From: Negativicutes bacterium | GTDB taxonomy: Bacteria > Bacillota > Negativicutes > UBA1444 | Direction of reading: 5' to 3' | Assembly (NCBI GenBank): GCA_963665275.2 | Contig: CAXXIN010000004.1 | Location: 1 to 64,000 of the forward strand | Length of the DNA stretch: 64,000 bases | Shown: piece by piece, positions 10,191 to 18,645 of the stretch | How the letters are laid out: each line of letters opens with the position of its first letter | How positions within the stretch are numbered: the first letter of the stretch is position 1 | Made by a program: the position numbers and the translations under genes | The notes under the pieces: model-generated | Database searches by the model: none | What the model saw: only the letters and a program-made list of their open reading frames with translations | Told to the model about the DNA's origin: nothing

Positions 10191-10426
10191 TCAGCAGATG
10201 CCACCCTTATATTCTGACATTCATCCCGTCGCAACAACATGCGTGTTCCGCGTACCTTAATTTCCACAGGATCGGCCATCGGAGCCCTGCGTAAAATCCT
10301 GACTCGCGTGCCAGGAGTAAAACCCATTTGTAACATACGCGTTTTTTGTGCCTGAGATCCGTTCACCCCGATAATTTGCATTTCCTGCTGTTCAGCGGCG
10401 ACATCTAAAGTAATTTCTTTTCCCAT
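10187..10426 (-). CDS. feoA: Ferrous iron transport protein FeoA
   Basis: RMLQMGFTPG..RRAPMADPVEIKVRG; overlaps the feoB start. Confidence 0.93.
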   Translation of the reverse strand: MGKEITLDVAAEQQEMQIIGVNGSQAQKTRMLQMGFTPGTRVRILRRAPMADPVEIKVRGTRMLLRRDECQNIRVASAE

Positions 10427-10449
10427 ACGGTTCGCACGCCTCCCTCAAC

Positions 10450-10464
10450 TGAAAAATATTATCA
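10450..10464. promoter_or_regulatory. Putative Fur box upstream of feoAB
   Basis: Minus strand TGATAATATTTTTCA matches 12 of 14 defined positions of the 7-1-7 Fur consensus TGATAATnATTATCA. Confidence 0.65.
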
Positions 10465-10514
10465 AATGTTATGACTTCATTATACACGATTTTAAAGAAA
10501 AAGAAAGTACTGCT

Positions 10515-11630
10515 TCAAATCCATTGCCAAATATCCGATTGTTTTTGGGTAATAAAAAACTGGCAATTCCAGCCACCCAAAGCCGAACAATCGCTTAGAT
10601 AACGCTGCAACGGACTCATTGTCGGAAATTCCGTGCCAAAATGTCCACCATCGATTAAACACAATCCCTCCGCCAGTTCATTCATTGCGTCGTGATAACG
10701 AATATCACCAGTAACCAAAACATCAGCCCCCATTAACCGTGCTGCCTCCGCAACCTCCACCCCAGCTCCACCGCAAACAGCGACGCGCTTCACTAGCGAA
10801 TCAGGGTTGCCGACAAAACGGACGCCCGCTAAAGATAACAGCCCCTTAACCCGATTTGCAAAATCCGAGAGCGTTCCCGGATGAAGCAAATTACCCACTC
10901 GCCCCATCCCTCCTACCGTCCGACTGTTTTGCAAGGGGTAAAGGTCATAGGCCACCTCTTCATACGGATGAGCTCCAATCATCGCCTGAACAATTCTGTC
11001 TGATATGGCCGCAGGAGCGACAGTCTCCAGCCGGACCTCATCGACTTCTGCCAATTGATGAACTTCCCCGATGAACGGCCTGGCCTCTTCACCAGGCAGA
11101 AAGGTTCCTGTTCCGACCACTCGAAATCCACAATGGCTGTATTTGCCGATGTGTCCAGCGCCTGCGTCAGTCATTGCCTGCCATATCGCCTTCCAATGTC
11201 CGGGCGGCACATACGTAACAATTTTAACAAGGGGCTGCTGTATCGGGCGGAGCGGCATAACTTCGTGTAACTGCAATCTTGCGGCCAACGCATCGTTAAC
11301 ACCGCCAACCGCTGCGTCAAGGTTGGTGTGGGCAGCATAAACCGACATATCCATTTTAATCAATTTTTTCAGCAGGGAACCGGTCATCGTATCCGTGCGG
11401 ATATTTTTTACAGGGTGAAATAAACAAGGGTGGTGGCTGATAATTAGGCCAGCTTCCAGCGCGACAGCTTCATCAATAACTTCCTCTGTCACGTCTAGCG
11501 CTAACAGAACTTTCGCCACTTGATGCTCCAGGCTTCCGACCAGTAATCCGACATTATCCCAGGCCTCCGCCAGTTCAAGCGGCGCCAGTTTTTCGATTGC
11601 ATCGGCTATCATTTTACAGCTTGCAGACAT
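10515..11630 (-). CDS. Nif3-like dinuclear metal center protein (YqfO type, with PII-like insert)
   Basis: WDNVGLLVG, HHP, HTNLD, HPYEEVAYD, GDIRYH, GHFGTE. Confidence 0.93.
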   Translation of the reverse strand: MSASCKMIADAIEKLAPLELAEAWDNVGLLVGSLEHQVAKVLLALDVTEEVIDEAVALEAGLIISHHPCLFHPVKNIRTDTMTGSLLKKLIKMDMSVYAAHTNLDAAVGGVNDALAARLQLHEVMPLRPIQQPLVKIVTYVPPGHWKAIWQAMTDAGAGHIGKYSHCGFRVVGTGTFLPGEEARPFIGEVHQLAEVDEVRLETVAPAAISDRIVQAMIGAHPYEEVAYDLYPLQNSRTVGGMGRVGNLLHPGTLSDFANRVKGLLSLAGVRFVGNPDSLVKRVAVCGGAGVEVAEAARLMGADVLVTGDIRYHDAMNELAEGLCLIDGGHFGTEFPTMSPLQRYLSDCSALGGWNCQFFITQKQSDIWQWI

Positions 11631-12310
11631 GTGATCCTCGCCTCCAATGCGTTGATTTTCCCCAAGCAGACTTCCCGTCGTTTTTGTACCGCTATGGATT
11701 TCGACTTCTCCATGTCCGCTGCCCGGCGTTCATATTGTCTCTTCAAGCGGGCCAGCTGTACGAGTAGCAAAGGATGTCGCTGTTCCCACAAAAGCGGACC
11801 GATCTCTAGCGTCAGAGGATCCGATGGGCTTGATGTTCCAGGTTCTGCGGCCAGAACTTCATAGAGCTTTCCATCCTCCAGCACAAGTTCTTCAACTATA
11901 ATTTTCCAGCCGTTTTCGGCCAACCAACTGCGCAATCCCGGGGCCCCTGTCATCGGTTGGCACACCAGCCTCCGCAGACCCTCCACAACGTCTGGCGAGC
12001 GTTCCAGGATACCTCTGATCGCTTTGCCACCCATACCGGCAAGCACCGCTACCTCAACTTCTCCAGGCGCTAGTATTTGAAGTCCATCCCCCAGCCTCGC
12101 CACTACCTTCTCTTCCATCGCAGCATCCACAATTGTCCGCTGTGCCGCTGCAAGCGGTCCCGGCATAATTTCGCCCGCCACCGCGGAAGATATTTTGCCG
12201 GCCTGCGCCAGCCATACTGGCAGATAGGCATGATCCGATCCGATATCTGCCACTTTTCGGTAAGGACCAACCTGCGCTGCAACCGCATTGAGTCTTGCAC
12301 TCAGCTTCAT
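11609..12310 (-). CDS. trmK: tRNA (adenine22-N1)-methyltransferase
   Basis: ADIGSDHAYLP, RLGDGL, AGMGG; conserved position next to nif3 and sigA. Confidence 0.92.
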   Translation of the reverse strand: MKLSARLNAVAAQVGPYRKVADIGSDHAYLPVWLAQAGKISSAVAGEIMPGPLAAAQRTIVDAAMEEKVVARLGDGLQILAPGEVEVAVLAGMGGKAIRGILERSPDVVEGLRRLVCQPMTGAPGLRSWLAENGWKIIVEELVLEDGKLYEVLAAEPGTSSPSDPLTLEIGPLLWEQRHPLLLVQLARLKRQYERRAADMEKSKSIAVQKRREVCLGKINALEARITCLQAVK

Positions 12311-12378
12311 GCTGCATAGAACCCCCTTTTCCTGCTTAATAAATTCTACGCCAAATACACAGAGCCCTGCGCGCGCTC

Positions 12379-12408
12379 AAAAAAAGTCCGGGAAAAATTC
12401 CCGGACTT
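12379..12408 (-). terminator. Terminator of the tRNA operon
   Basis: AAGTCCGGGAA/TTCCCGGACTT hairpin with a T7 tail on the minus strand. Confidence 0.8.
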
Positions 12409-12416
12409 ACCTTGCT

Positions 12417-12491
12417 TGGTGACCCGTGGGGGAATCGAACCCCCGATACCGCCGTGAAAGGGCGGTGTCTTAACCGCTTGACCAACGGGCC
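12417..12491 (-). tRNA. tRNA-Glu (TTC)
   Basis: GGCCCGTTGGTCAAGCGGTTAAGACACCGCCCT-TTC-ACGGCGG...GTTCGATTC...CCA; cloverleaf with encoded CCA. Confidence 0.97.
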
Positions 12492-12499
12492 ATATGAAT

Positions 12500-12574
12500 T
12501 GGTGGGCCCACCTGGGATCGAACCAGGGACCAGCCGGTTATGAGCCGGCGGCTCTACCGCTGAGCTATAGGCCC
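12500..12574 (-). tRNA. tRNA with CAT anticodon, most likely tRNA-Ile2 (lysidine-modified)
   Basis: GGGCCTATAGCTCAG...GCCGGCT-CAT-AACCGGC...GGGCCCACCA; paired 1:72 and no GGG/CCC anticodon stem, so not fMet; acceptor stem resembles Ile2. Confidence 0.9.
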
Positions 12575-12623
12575 CAGAGACACAAAGCAGGTTTTCCGAA
12601 GAAAGCCTGCAGATTTTGAAAAT

Positions 12624-12698
12624 TGGCTCCTCGAGTAGGACTCGAACCTACAACCCCGCGGTTAACAGCCGCGTGCTCTACCATTGAGCTATCGAGGA
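12624..12698 (-). tRNA. tRNA-Asn (GTT)
   Basis: TCCTCGATAGCTCAATGGTAGAGCACGCGGCT-GTT-AACCGCG...GTTCGAGTC...GAGGAGCCA. Confidence 0.97.
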
Positions 12699-12716
12699 AT
12701 GTCGTCAACGTTGTTT

Positions 12717-12746
12717 ATTATAATGCAAGCAATATGGCACCGTCAA
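12717..12746 (-). promoter_or_regulatory. SigA promoter of the tRNA operon
   Basis: TTGACG-N18-TATAAT immediately upstream of tRNA-Asn. Confidence 0.8.
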
Positions 12747-12785
12747 GGGCTTTTGCAAAATTCTTTGCATGTTTTTCTATTGGCC

Positions 12786-14567
12786 CTATTCCAGGAAATC
12801 CTTCAACTTTTTACTTCGACTTGGATGACGCAATTTCCGAAGCGCTTTGGCTTCAATCTGTCGGATACGCTCTCGCGTCACCTGAAAGAAATGGCCAACT
12901 TCTTCTAGTGTACGGGCTCTTCCATCATCTAACCCAAAACGCAGTCGCAGCACTTTTTTTTCTCGTGGCGTCAACGTTTCCAGGACTTCCTCCAATTGCT
13001 CCTTGAGAACCATGAAAGAAGCGGCATCGGCTGGAGCCTGTGCGTCGGCATCTTCAATAAAGTCTCCCAGGTGAGAATCTTCTTCTTCGCCGATTGGTGT
13101 TTCCAACGAAACCGGCTCCTGTGCAATTTTCATGATCTCACGTACCCGTTCAACCGTGATATCCATCATTTTGGCAATTTCGTCAGGAGCTGGTTCACGG
13201 CCGAGTTCCTGCAGCAATTGGCGTGATACGCGGATAAGCTTGTTAATAGTCTCAACCATATGCACGGGGATACGAATGGTCCGTGCCTGATCCGCAATCG
13301 CGCGCGTGATGGCCTGGCGAATCCACCACGTAGCATAAGTGCTGAATTTATAGCCTTTTGTATAATCAAATTTTTCAACAGCCTTAATCAGCCCGAGATT
13401 CCCCTCTTGAATCAAATCCAAAAATAACATACCGCGCCCAACATAACGTTTCGCGATGCTGACCACCAGCCGTAAATTCGCTTCGGACAGGCTTCGTTTC
13501 GCACGATCTCCAAGCTCCATCTCCATTTTGGCCGTAGCATTGATCCGCCGAAGTGCTTCAACAATCTCAGGCGATGGTTCTGGAATTCCCTGTAGCAAAA
13601 AGTGGGCCAGTGAAAGGTTACCGCCATCGATCAGAACGATGTTTGCCGTCTCTAGTCCCTGCATAAGCTTAGTGATGTGGCTTCCCTCAGAAACGCGAAC
13701 TGTAGGCGGATCCGTTGGACGCAATGCCTGATTTAGCTGTTCGGTCGTAACGGTATCTGATTGAAGTCGCCCCAAGTCAACCAAAACCCTGACAACTTCG
13801 GCGTTTTCCGCAGACACCGGGATCTCAAGCCGAGGAACTCCAACTGTCACTGGCGGCTCAAAATAGCCGGGCAAGGAATCCCCTTCGATGGTATCAATCC
13901 CTTCTGAATTCAAATGATTTTGCAGGGATCGTGCTTCTTCACGGGTCAGCTCCGATATCGCCGCCTGATAGAGCCCCGTGGAAATCTTTTTTCCATGTGT
14001 GGCGGCAATATCGCAAAGAGTTTTAAATGTTTCACTTGTCTGACGAACACGCGCAATGTATTCTTCAGGCGCTAAAAGCTGCAATGCCAACTCCAGGCGA
14101 TTCCCAATCGACATAGCGCCAACTTGCGTATGCAACTCTTCGGAGGTAATTTGATCCAGCAGTCGCTGTGCTTCATTTCCTTTATCCATCCGCCGGGCAA
14201 GTTTGGTTTCATCAACAGCAGACAACAAAGAAACACGACCGATTTCCTTCAAATACATCCTTACAGGATCGTCAATACTGACCCCTTCAGGAATCGATTG
14301 CTCGAGGTCCACCTCTTCTACAACAGGCTCCGCTTCACTCGAAATCGCCCCGTCTATTGCATCGGGATCTGGAAGTTCATCGACAATCTCTATGCTCTTT
14401 TTCGCCAACAGCTCAAAGACATCTTCGATGTCTTCTGGTGACACATCCACCGTCTGGAACGCGTCCAAGACCTCCGCGCTCGCAATCATGCTGTTTGCCT
14501 GCGATGCTTTTTTTGCCAACTCATCGACACGATCTGCAATGAGTTTCTTTTTGTCGATCATTACCAA
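12786..14567 (-). CDS. rpoD: Primary RNA polymerase sigma factor RpoD/SigA with a large insertion between regions 1.2 and 2.1
   Basis: [92 protein letters not shown]; follows dnaG. Confidence 0.97.
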   Translation of the reverse strand: MVMIDKKKLIADRVDELAKKASQANSMIASAEVLDAFQTVDVSPEDIEDVFELLAKKSIEIVDELPDPDAIDGAISSEAEPVVEEVDLEQSIPEGVSIDDPVRMYLKEIGRVSLLSAVDETKLARRMDKGNEAQRLLDQITSEELHTQVGAMSIGNRLELALQLLAPEEYIARVRQTSETFKTLCDIAATHGKKISTGLYQAAISELTREEARSLQNHLNSEGIDTIEGDSLPGYFEPPVTVGVPRLEIPVSAENAEVVRVLVDLGRLQSDTVTTEQLNQALRPTDPPTVRVSEGSHITKLMQGLETANIVLIDGGNLSLAHFLLQGIPEPSPEIVEALRRINATAKMEMELGDRAKRSLSEANLRLVVSIAKRYVGRGMLFLDLIQEGNLGLIKAVEKFDYTKGYKFSTYATWWIRQAITRAIADQARTIRIPVHMVETINKLIRVSRQLLQELGREPAPDEIAKMMDITVERVREIMKIAQEPVSLETPIGEEEDSHLGDFIEDADAQAPADAASFMVLKEQLEEVLETLTPREKKVLRLRFGLDDGRARTLEEVGHFFQVTRERIRQIEAKALRKLRHPSRSKKLKDFLE

Positions 14568-14602
14568 ACCCTACTCCCTCCGGCTGTAAAACAAAATTTA
14601 GT

Positions 14603-16393
14603 TTACCCCTGCGATTTGGTTAAATCGCTAATTTTTGTAAGTATTCGCTGTGCATTCGTTAATTCCTGCACGTATTGCAAATCTCCTTTGCGCAACATTT
14701 CGTCCGCCTGCATCCGATGGGCTTCATATTGCTCGTTTAGCCGCGCCAGCAACATGATTCGTATGCAGTCGTCCAAAGCTTGCGAAACATCCGGGCCGCT
14801 CTCTCCATTCAACATCAGCCGTGATAATAGCTTCACCGCCGATTCCTCAAGAATTTGCACCAAATTTTCTGCTCGTGGCACCTTTCCGCTGGCATAACTT
14901 TGCCAAATTGCTTCTGCCAGATTGCGACGCGGCCCGCTCTGAAAAAGTTCCGGCGTCAGGGATTTTTTAATGTCCGCGAAGCGGTCCGGTTGCTCCAAAG
15001 TCTGTCGCAATACATACTCTTCCGCGACAATCTCCTTAGAATCAGCACTGCGCCTCACATGAACAATTGTCGGCCGGCCGGCTTCCTTTTGCCCGCGCTC
15101 CCGCTTCAATTCACTGCGAATCGAATTTTCATCAATTCCCAATTTTTCCGCCAGTCGGGCAATATGGGCATCGACCTCCACTGCGCTACCTGACATCGCC
15201 AGATACGGAACCGCACGGTTAATCACAGAAACCTTTCCCGCGAGATCCGAGTAGTCGGATTCGCCCAGAACACGGCTCATTTGAAAATCAAGCAGTCCTG
15301 TAGCAGCCGTGATGCGATTCCTCACAGCTTCAGCACCATGCTTGCGGACAAACTCGTCAGGATCTTTGCCATCGGGGAAAGAGGCAACCTTCACGACCGC
15401 ACCGCTCGACCGTACGATAGACAAGGCGCGCATAGTAGCATTCTGGCCTGCCGCATCGCTGTCGTAGGCAAAAATGATCTCTGGCGCATAATGAAGCAAG
15501 AGACGTGACTGCTCGGGAGTAAAGGCGGTTCCCAGCGAAGCTACAACGTTAGGTACTCCGTTGGTTGCTAGGGCGATCGCATCCATGTAACCTTCGACGA
15601 CGACAGCATGCCCCGCTTCCTTAATGGCACGATACGCGCGTGGAATGTTGTATAACACTGTGCGCTTGTTGAACAAGATCGTTTCCGGGCTGTTGAGATA
15701 TTTGGGCTGCGAGGTATCCATGACCCGTCCACCAAAACCGATTACCCGTTCCCGAATATCCTCGATGGGAAACATGATTCGGTTGCGAAATCGATCATAC
15801 ACACCCTCTTGTGAACGCGGAACCGCAAGACCAGCTTTGACTAGGGTATCAGATGCAACGCCTCGTTTCTGCAATGCTGTGGAAAGCATATTCCAGGCTT
15901 CGGGTGCGAAGCCCAGTTTCAAATCCTTTATCACCTCAACCGTCAGGCCGCGTTCCTCAAGATAAGACAAGGCCGCAGCGCCCAGAGGCGACTTGATCAG
16001 ATACGCATGAAAAAAGTCCCGGGCCAACATATTGGCACGCAGAAGTTCTTCGCGCTCTCTTTCTCGCAATTTTTCAGCTTCCGTACGTTCTTTTTCCGGC
16101 ACCGGTATATTCAATTTTTGAGCCAGCAGTTTCACGGCGTCGCCAAAACCGATATTTTCCACCCGCATCAGAAATCGAAAAACATCTCCACCCGCCTGAC
16201 AACCGAAACAATAAAAAAAACCTTTATCGGGCGCCACTGAAAAAGACGGAGTCTTTTCTTGGTGGAACGGACAACAACCCCAGTAATTTCGCCCTTTTTT
16301 GTTCAATGGGACATACTCGGATACGATCGAAACGATATCAGCCTGAGCCCGCAACTTGTCAATAAAATCGTCGGAGGCGGAATAATTTATCAT
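14603..16393 (-). CDS. dnaG: DNA primase
   Basis: CPFHQEKTPSF..CFGC zinc finger, DRFRNRIMFPI, KYLNSPET, TOPRIM VVEGYMD, YDSDAAG, KDPDE. Confidence 0.97.
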   Translation of the reverse strand: MINYSASDDFIDKLRAQADIVSIVSEYVPLNKKGRNYWGCCPFHQEKTPSFSVAPDKGFFYCFGCQAGGDVFRFLMRVENIGFGDAVKLLAQKLNIPVPEKERTEAEKLREREREELLRANMLARDFFHAYLIKSPLGAAALSYLEERGLTVEVIKDLKLGFAPEAWNMLSTALQKRGVASDTLVKAGLAVPRSQEGVYDRFRNRIMFPIEDIRERVIGFGGRVMDTSQPKYLNSPETILFNKRTVLYNIPRAYRAIKEAGHAVVVEGYMDAIALATNGVPNVVASLGTAFTPEQSRLLLHYAPEIIFAYDSDAAGQNATMRALSIVRSSGAVVKVASFPDGKDPDEFVRKHGAEAVRNRITAATGLLDFQMSRVLGESDYSDLAGKVSVINRAVPYLAMSGSAVEVDAHIARLAEKLGIDENSIRSELKRERGQKEAGRPTIVHVRRSADSKEIVAEEYVLRQTLEQPDRFADIKKSLTPELFQSGPRRNLAEAIWQSYASGKVPRAENLVQILEESAVKLLSRLMLNGESGPDVSQALDDCIRIMLLARLNEQYEAHRMQADEMLRKGDLQYVQELTNAQRILTKISDLTKSQG

Positions 16394-16404
16394 AATATCT
16401 TTAT

Positions 16405-16433
16405 GTATTCGCGAAAACTCCGCAGTATCCTGC
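16405..16433 (-). promoter_or_regulatory. SigmaH-like promoter directly abutting dnaG
   Basis: GCAGGATAC-N11-CGCGAATAC versus the SigH consensus RNAGGAWWW-N11/12-RNNGAATWW. Confidence 0.55.
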
Positions 16434-16525
16434 CTGAGGCAATATTTTTTCAGGTTTTACTCTGGCATTCTTGATTTTACGATATTTAGCAGCGGCATTA
16501 TTCCCAGCACTTGGAATTCATTTTA

Positions 16526-16534
16526 TGTTATAAT
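16526..16534 (+). promoter_or_regulatory. Extended -10 promoter element for the LptA-like gene
   Basis: TGTTATAAT about 45 nt upstream of the ATG, which has a GAGG RBS. Confidence 0.55.
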
Positions 16535-16580
16535 AGAGGATAGACTCAAGAAAAAATCACTTGCTAGAGAGGAATCACAC

Positions 16581-17072
16581 ATGAAAAAATTTTGTTTATC
16601 CATTTTGATGGCAATATTATTGATGTCGTTTGCTTCCACCAGTTTCGCCGCCGTAAACAACAAGTATTTTCGCGCCGACAAGCAATACTATGATGTTGAG
16701 ACCGGGCAATATGTTATCAGCGGCAACATCATGATTAATGTGGAAAACGGCTTTATTGCCGGAGATAAAGCTCAAGTCAAACTCTCAACTTTGGAATTCT
16801 GGGGAACCGGCGGATGGTTGTTAAAACAATATGACGTAACTTTCAAGGGAGAATCGGCTTACGTAGTGTTTGGCAAAGATGTTGCCTTAATCGAGGGTGG
16901 CGCCGATTTTCAGCGATCCGATCTGCAGATCACTTCGGACAAAGTAGACTACAACTGGAAAACCAAAATTGCTATATTCAAAGGAAATGTGAAAGTAATC
17001 CAACCCGGACTGATACCCGTTGGATACGATCTGGTCAAATATAATGTAGAGACGAAGGACTTTATCAACTGA
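16581..17072 (+). CDS. Exported LptA/OstA-like beta-jellyroll protein
   Basis: Sec signal peptide; repeated ADKQYYD..GNI and ITSDKVDYNWKTKIAIFKGNVKV patterns typical of the OstA fold. Confidence 0.7.
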   Translation: MKKFCLSILMAILLMSFASTSFAAVNNKYFRADKQYYDVETGQYVISGNIMINVENGFIAGDKAQVKLSTLEFWGTGGWLLKQYDVTFKGESAYVVFGKDVALIEGGADFQRSDLQITSDKVDYNWKTKIAIFKGNVKVIQPGLIPVGYDLVKYNVETKDFIN

Positions 17073-17098
17073 AAAATGGAAAATCAGTTTTACTGTTA

Positions 17099-17153
17099 GA
17101 ATACGTGAAGTAAAATCCCGGCCAAATCGGCCGGGATTTTACTTCACGTATTC
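17099..17153. terminator. Bidirectional terminator formed by a 25-bp perfect inverted repeat
   Basis: GAATACGTGAAGTAAAATCCCGGCC-AAATC-GGCCGGGATTTTACTTCACGTATTC between convergent genes. Confidence 0.8.
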
Positions 17154-17155
17154 AT

Positions 17156-17971
17156 TTACGCGACACCGTTTTTAAATACAATCTCCAAAATCTTATTGGC
17201 AGTTTCTTCGATTGCCTTATTCGAAACATCGATAATTGGGCATCCGATCCGTTCCATAATTTTGGTTGCATATTCCAATTCTTCACCAATACGATTCAGT
17301 GTGGCGTAATTGGCATCTGGTGGCAAACGCATGATTTTAAGACGCTCCGCCCGGATTTCATTAAGTTTGCGCGAATCAATGACCAAACCAACCACTTTAT
17401 GAGGCGGCACCTGAAACAGTTCATCAGGCGGCGGCACTTCCGGTACGAGGGGAACATTGGCTACCTTGATTTTTTTATGCGCCAGATACATGCTGAGTGG
17501 CGTCTTGGAAGTCCGGGAAACTCCGACCAAAATCAGGTCCGCTTTCAAAAGTCCCCAGGGATTTTTGCCGTCATCATATTTTACGGCAAACTCAATGGCT
17601 TCGACCCGTTTAAAATAATCCTGGTCGAGCAAATGGATCAAACCCGGCTTAAGTTTCGGCGTCATATCAGCCACCGATTGGATAGCCCGGATCATCGGAC
17701 CCATGATATCTACAGTAACGAGATCATACTTCTTGGCTTCTTCCAGCAAAGCATCCCTGAGCTCCGGCGATACCAGCGTATGGCAAATAACACACGGATG
17801 TTTGGCAGCCTCGCGTATCGTTTCTTTGATTTGAACGGCCGAAGTAATATAGGGAATTCTGACTATGTCAAACTTTCCCGAATCAAATTGGCTCGCTGTG
17901 GCGCGGGCGACCATTTCCGCCGTTTCGCCGATGGAATCGGATAATGCGTAAATGATAGGTAAAGCGGCTAT
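17156..17971 (-). CDS. ppsR: PEP synthase/pyruvate dikinase regulatory kinase-pyrophosphorylase (PpsR/YqfL, DUF299); probable ATA start
   Basis: FAVKYDDG, GVSRTSKTPLSMYLA, KVANVPL, NKAIEETA; the conserved IYALSDSIGETAE lies upstream of the first ATG (17914), and an AGGAGG RBS precedes ATA at 17971. Confidence 0.9.
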   Translation of the reverse strand: MAALPIIYALSDSIGETAEMVARATASQFDSGKFDIVRIPYITSAVQIKETIREAAKHPCVICHTLVSPELRDALLEEAKKYDLVTVDIMGPMIRAIQSVADMTPKLKPGLIHLLDQDYFKRVEAIEFAVKYDDGKNPWGLLKADLILVGVSRTSKTPLSMYLAHKKIKVANVPLVPEVPPPDELFQVPPHKVVGLVIDSRKLNEIRAERLKIMRLPPDANYATLNRIGEELEYATKIMERIGCPIIDVSNKAIEETANKILEIVFKNGVA

Positions 17972-17976
17972 GACGG

Positions 17977-18627
17977 TTACCTCCTTTTTCCCTCTCCCAT
18001 TTCGACTAATAACCGGGTAATGTTAGTTTTTGTCAACCGACCGACCACCTCAAAAACCTTTTCATCTTGGGCTCCCATCGGTCTGACTACCGGCAGACTG
18101 TCAATCTCACCATCCACCAATTTTTTCGCCGCAGCCAGAACTGGTTCTTCAGGATCAGTCGTTATCATTTTCGACATCCCGGTCATTAATACCTTCACGG
18201 GTATCTTTTGAAGATCACGACTTCCCATCGCAACTTTCAACAAATCTTTTCGGGAGACGACGCCCCGCAGGATACCACCAGGTTCTACCACAAAGACCGA
18301 TCCAACATCTTCGAGAAACATCGTCACAATGGTATCATAGGCGCTGGCAGTCGCCGCAACGACAACCGGAACGGACTGGATATCCCTCACCTTATAGCGG
18401 GCAATCTCCTCCGTAAGCATACTAAAAGCGCCCTTGCCTGTGTAATAATATCCGACTTTAGGCCGTGCGTCAAGCACACCCGACATAATGAGAATAGCAA
18501 GATCCGGTCGCAGCGCTGCCCGACTAACTCCTAGGCGTTCAGCTAATTGTTCTCCCGTTAGCGGACCGCCTTCCTTGACCATTTCAATGATTTTGTCCTG
18601 GCGAGGTGTTAGTAGAATGGAAACCAC
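17977..18627 (-). CDS. ccpN: CcpN-like repressor (HTH plus two CBS domains)
   Basis: GPLTGEQLAERLGVSRAALRPDLAIL..LDARPKVGYYY; VSRKDLL and VVGRLTKTNIT; adjacent to ppsR. Confidence 0.9.
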   Translation of the reverse strand: MVSILLTPRQDKIIEMVKEGGPLTGEQLAERLGVSRAALRPDLAILIMSGVLDARPKVGYYYTGKGAFSMLTEEIARYKVRDIQSVPVVVAATASAYDTIVTMFLEDVGSVFVVEPGGILRGVVSRKDLLKVAMGSRDLQKIPVKVLMTGMSKMITTDPEEPVLAAAKKLVDGEIDSLPVVRPMGAQDEKVFEVVGRLTKTNITRLLVEMGEGKRR

Positions 18628-18645
18628 CCCTCTTTGAAATCTATA

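Noticed and set aside
12500-12574. Initiator tRNA-fMet
   Set aside because: It has a paired G1-C72 and lacks three consecutive G-C pairs in the anticodon stem; Ile2 is more likely.
12623-13006. 127-aa plus-strand ORF (MAPRVGLEPTT..)
   Set aside because: It is the antisense translation of tRNA-Asn and the rpoD 3' end, a common spurious ORF.
13509-14177. Intein or group I/II intron in rpoD
   Set aside because: The insert is in frame, does not begin with Cys or Ser, lacks a His-Asn end followed by Cys/Ser/Thr, and shows no LAGLIDADG or RT motifs.
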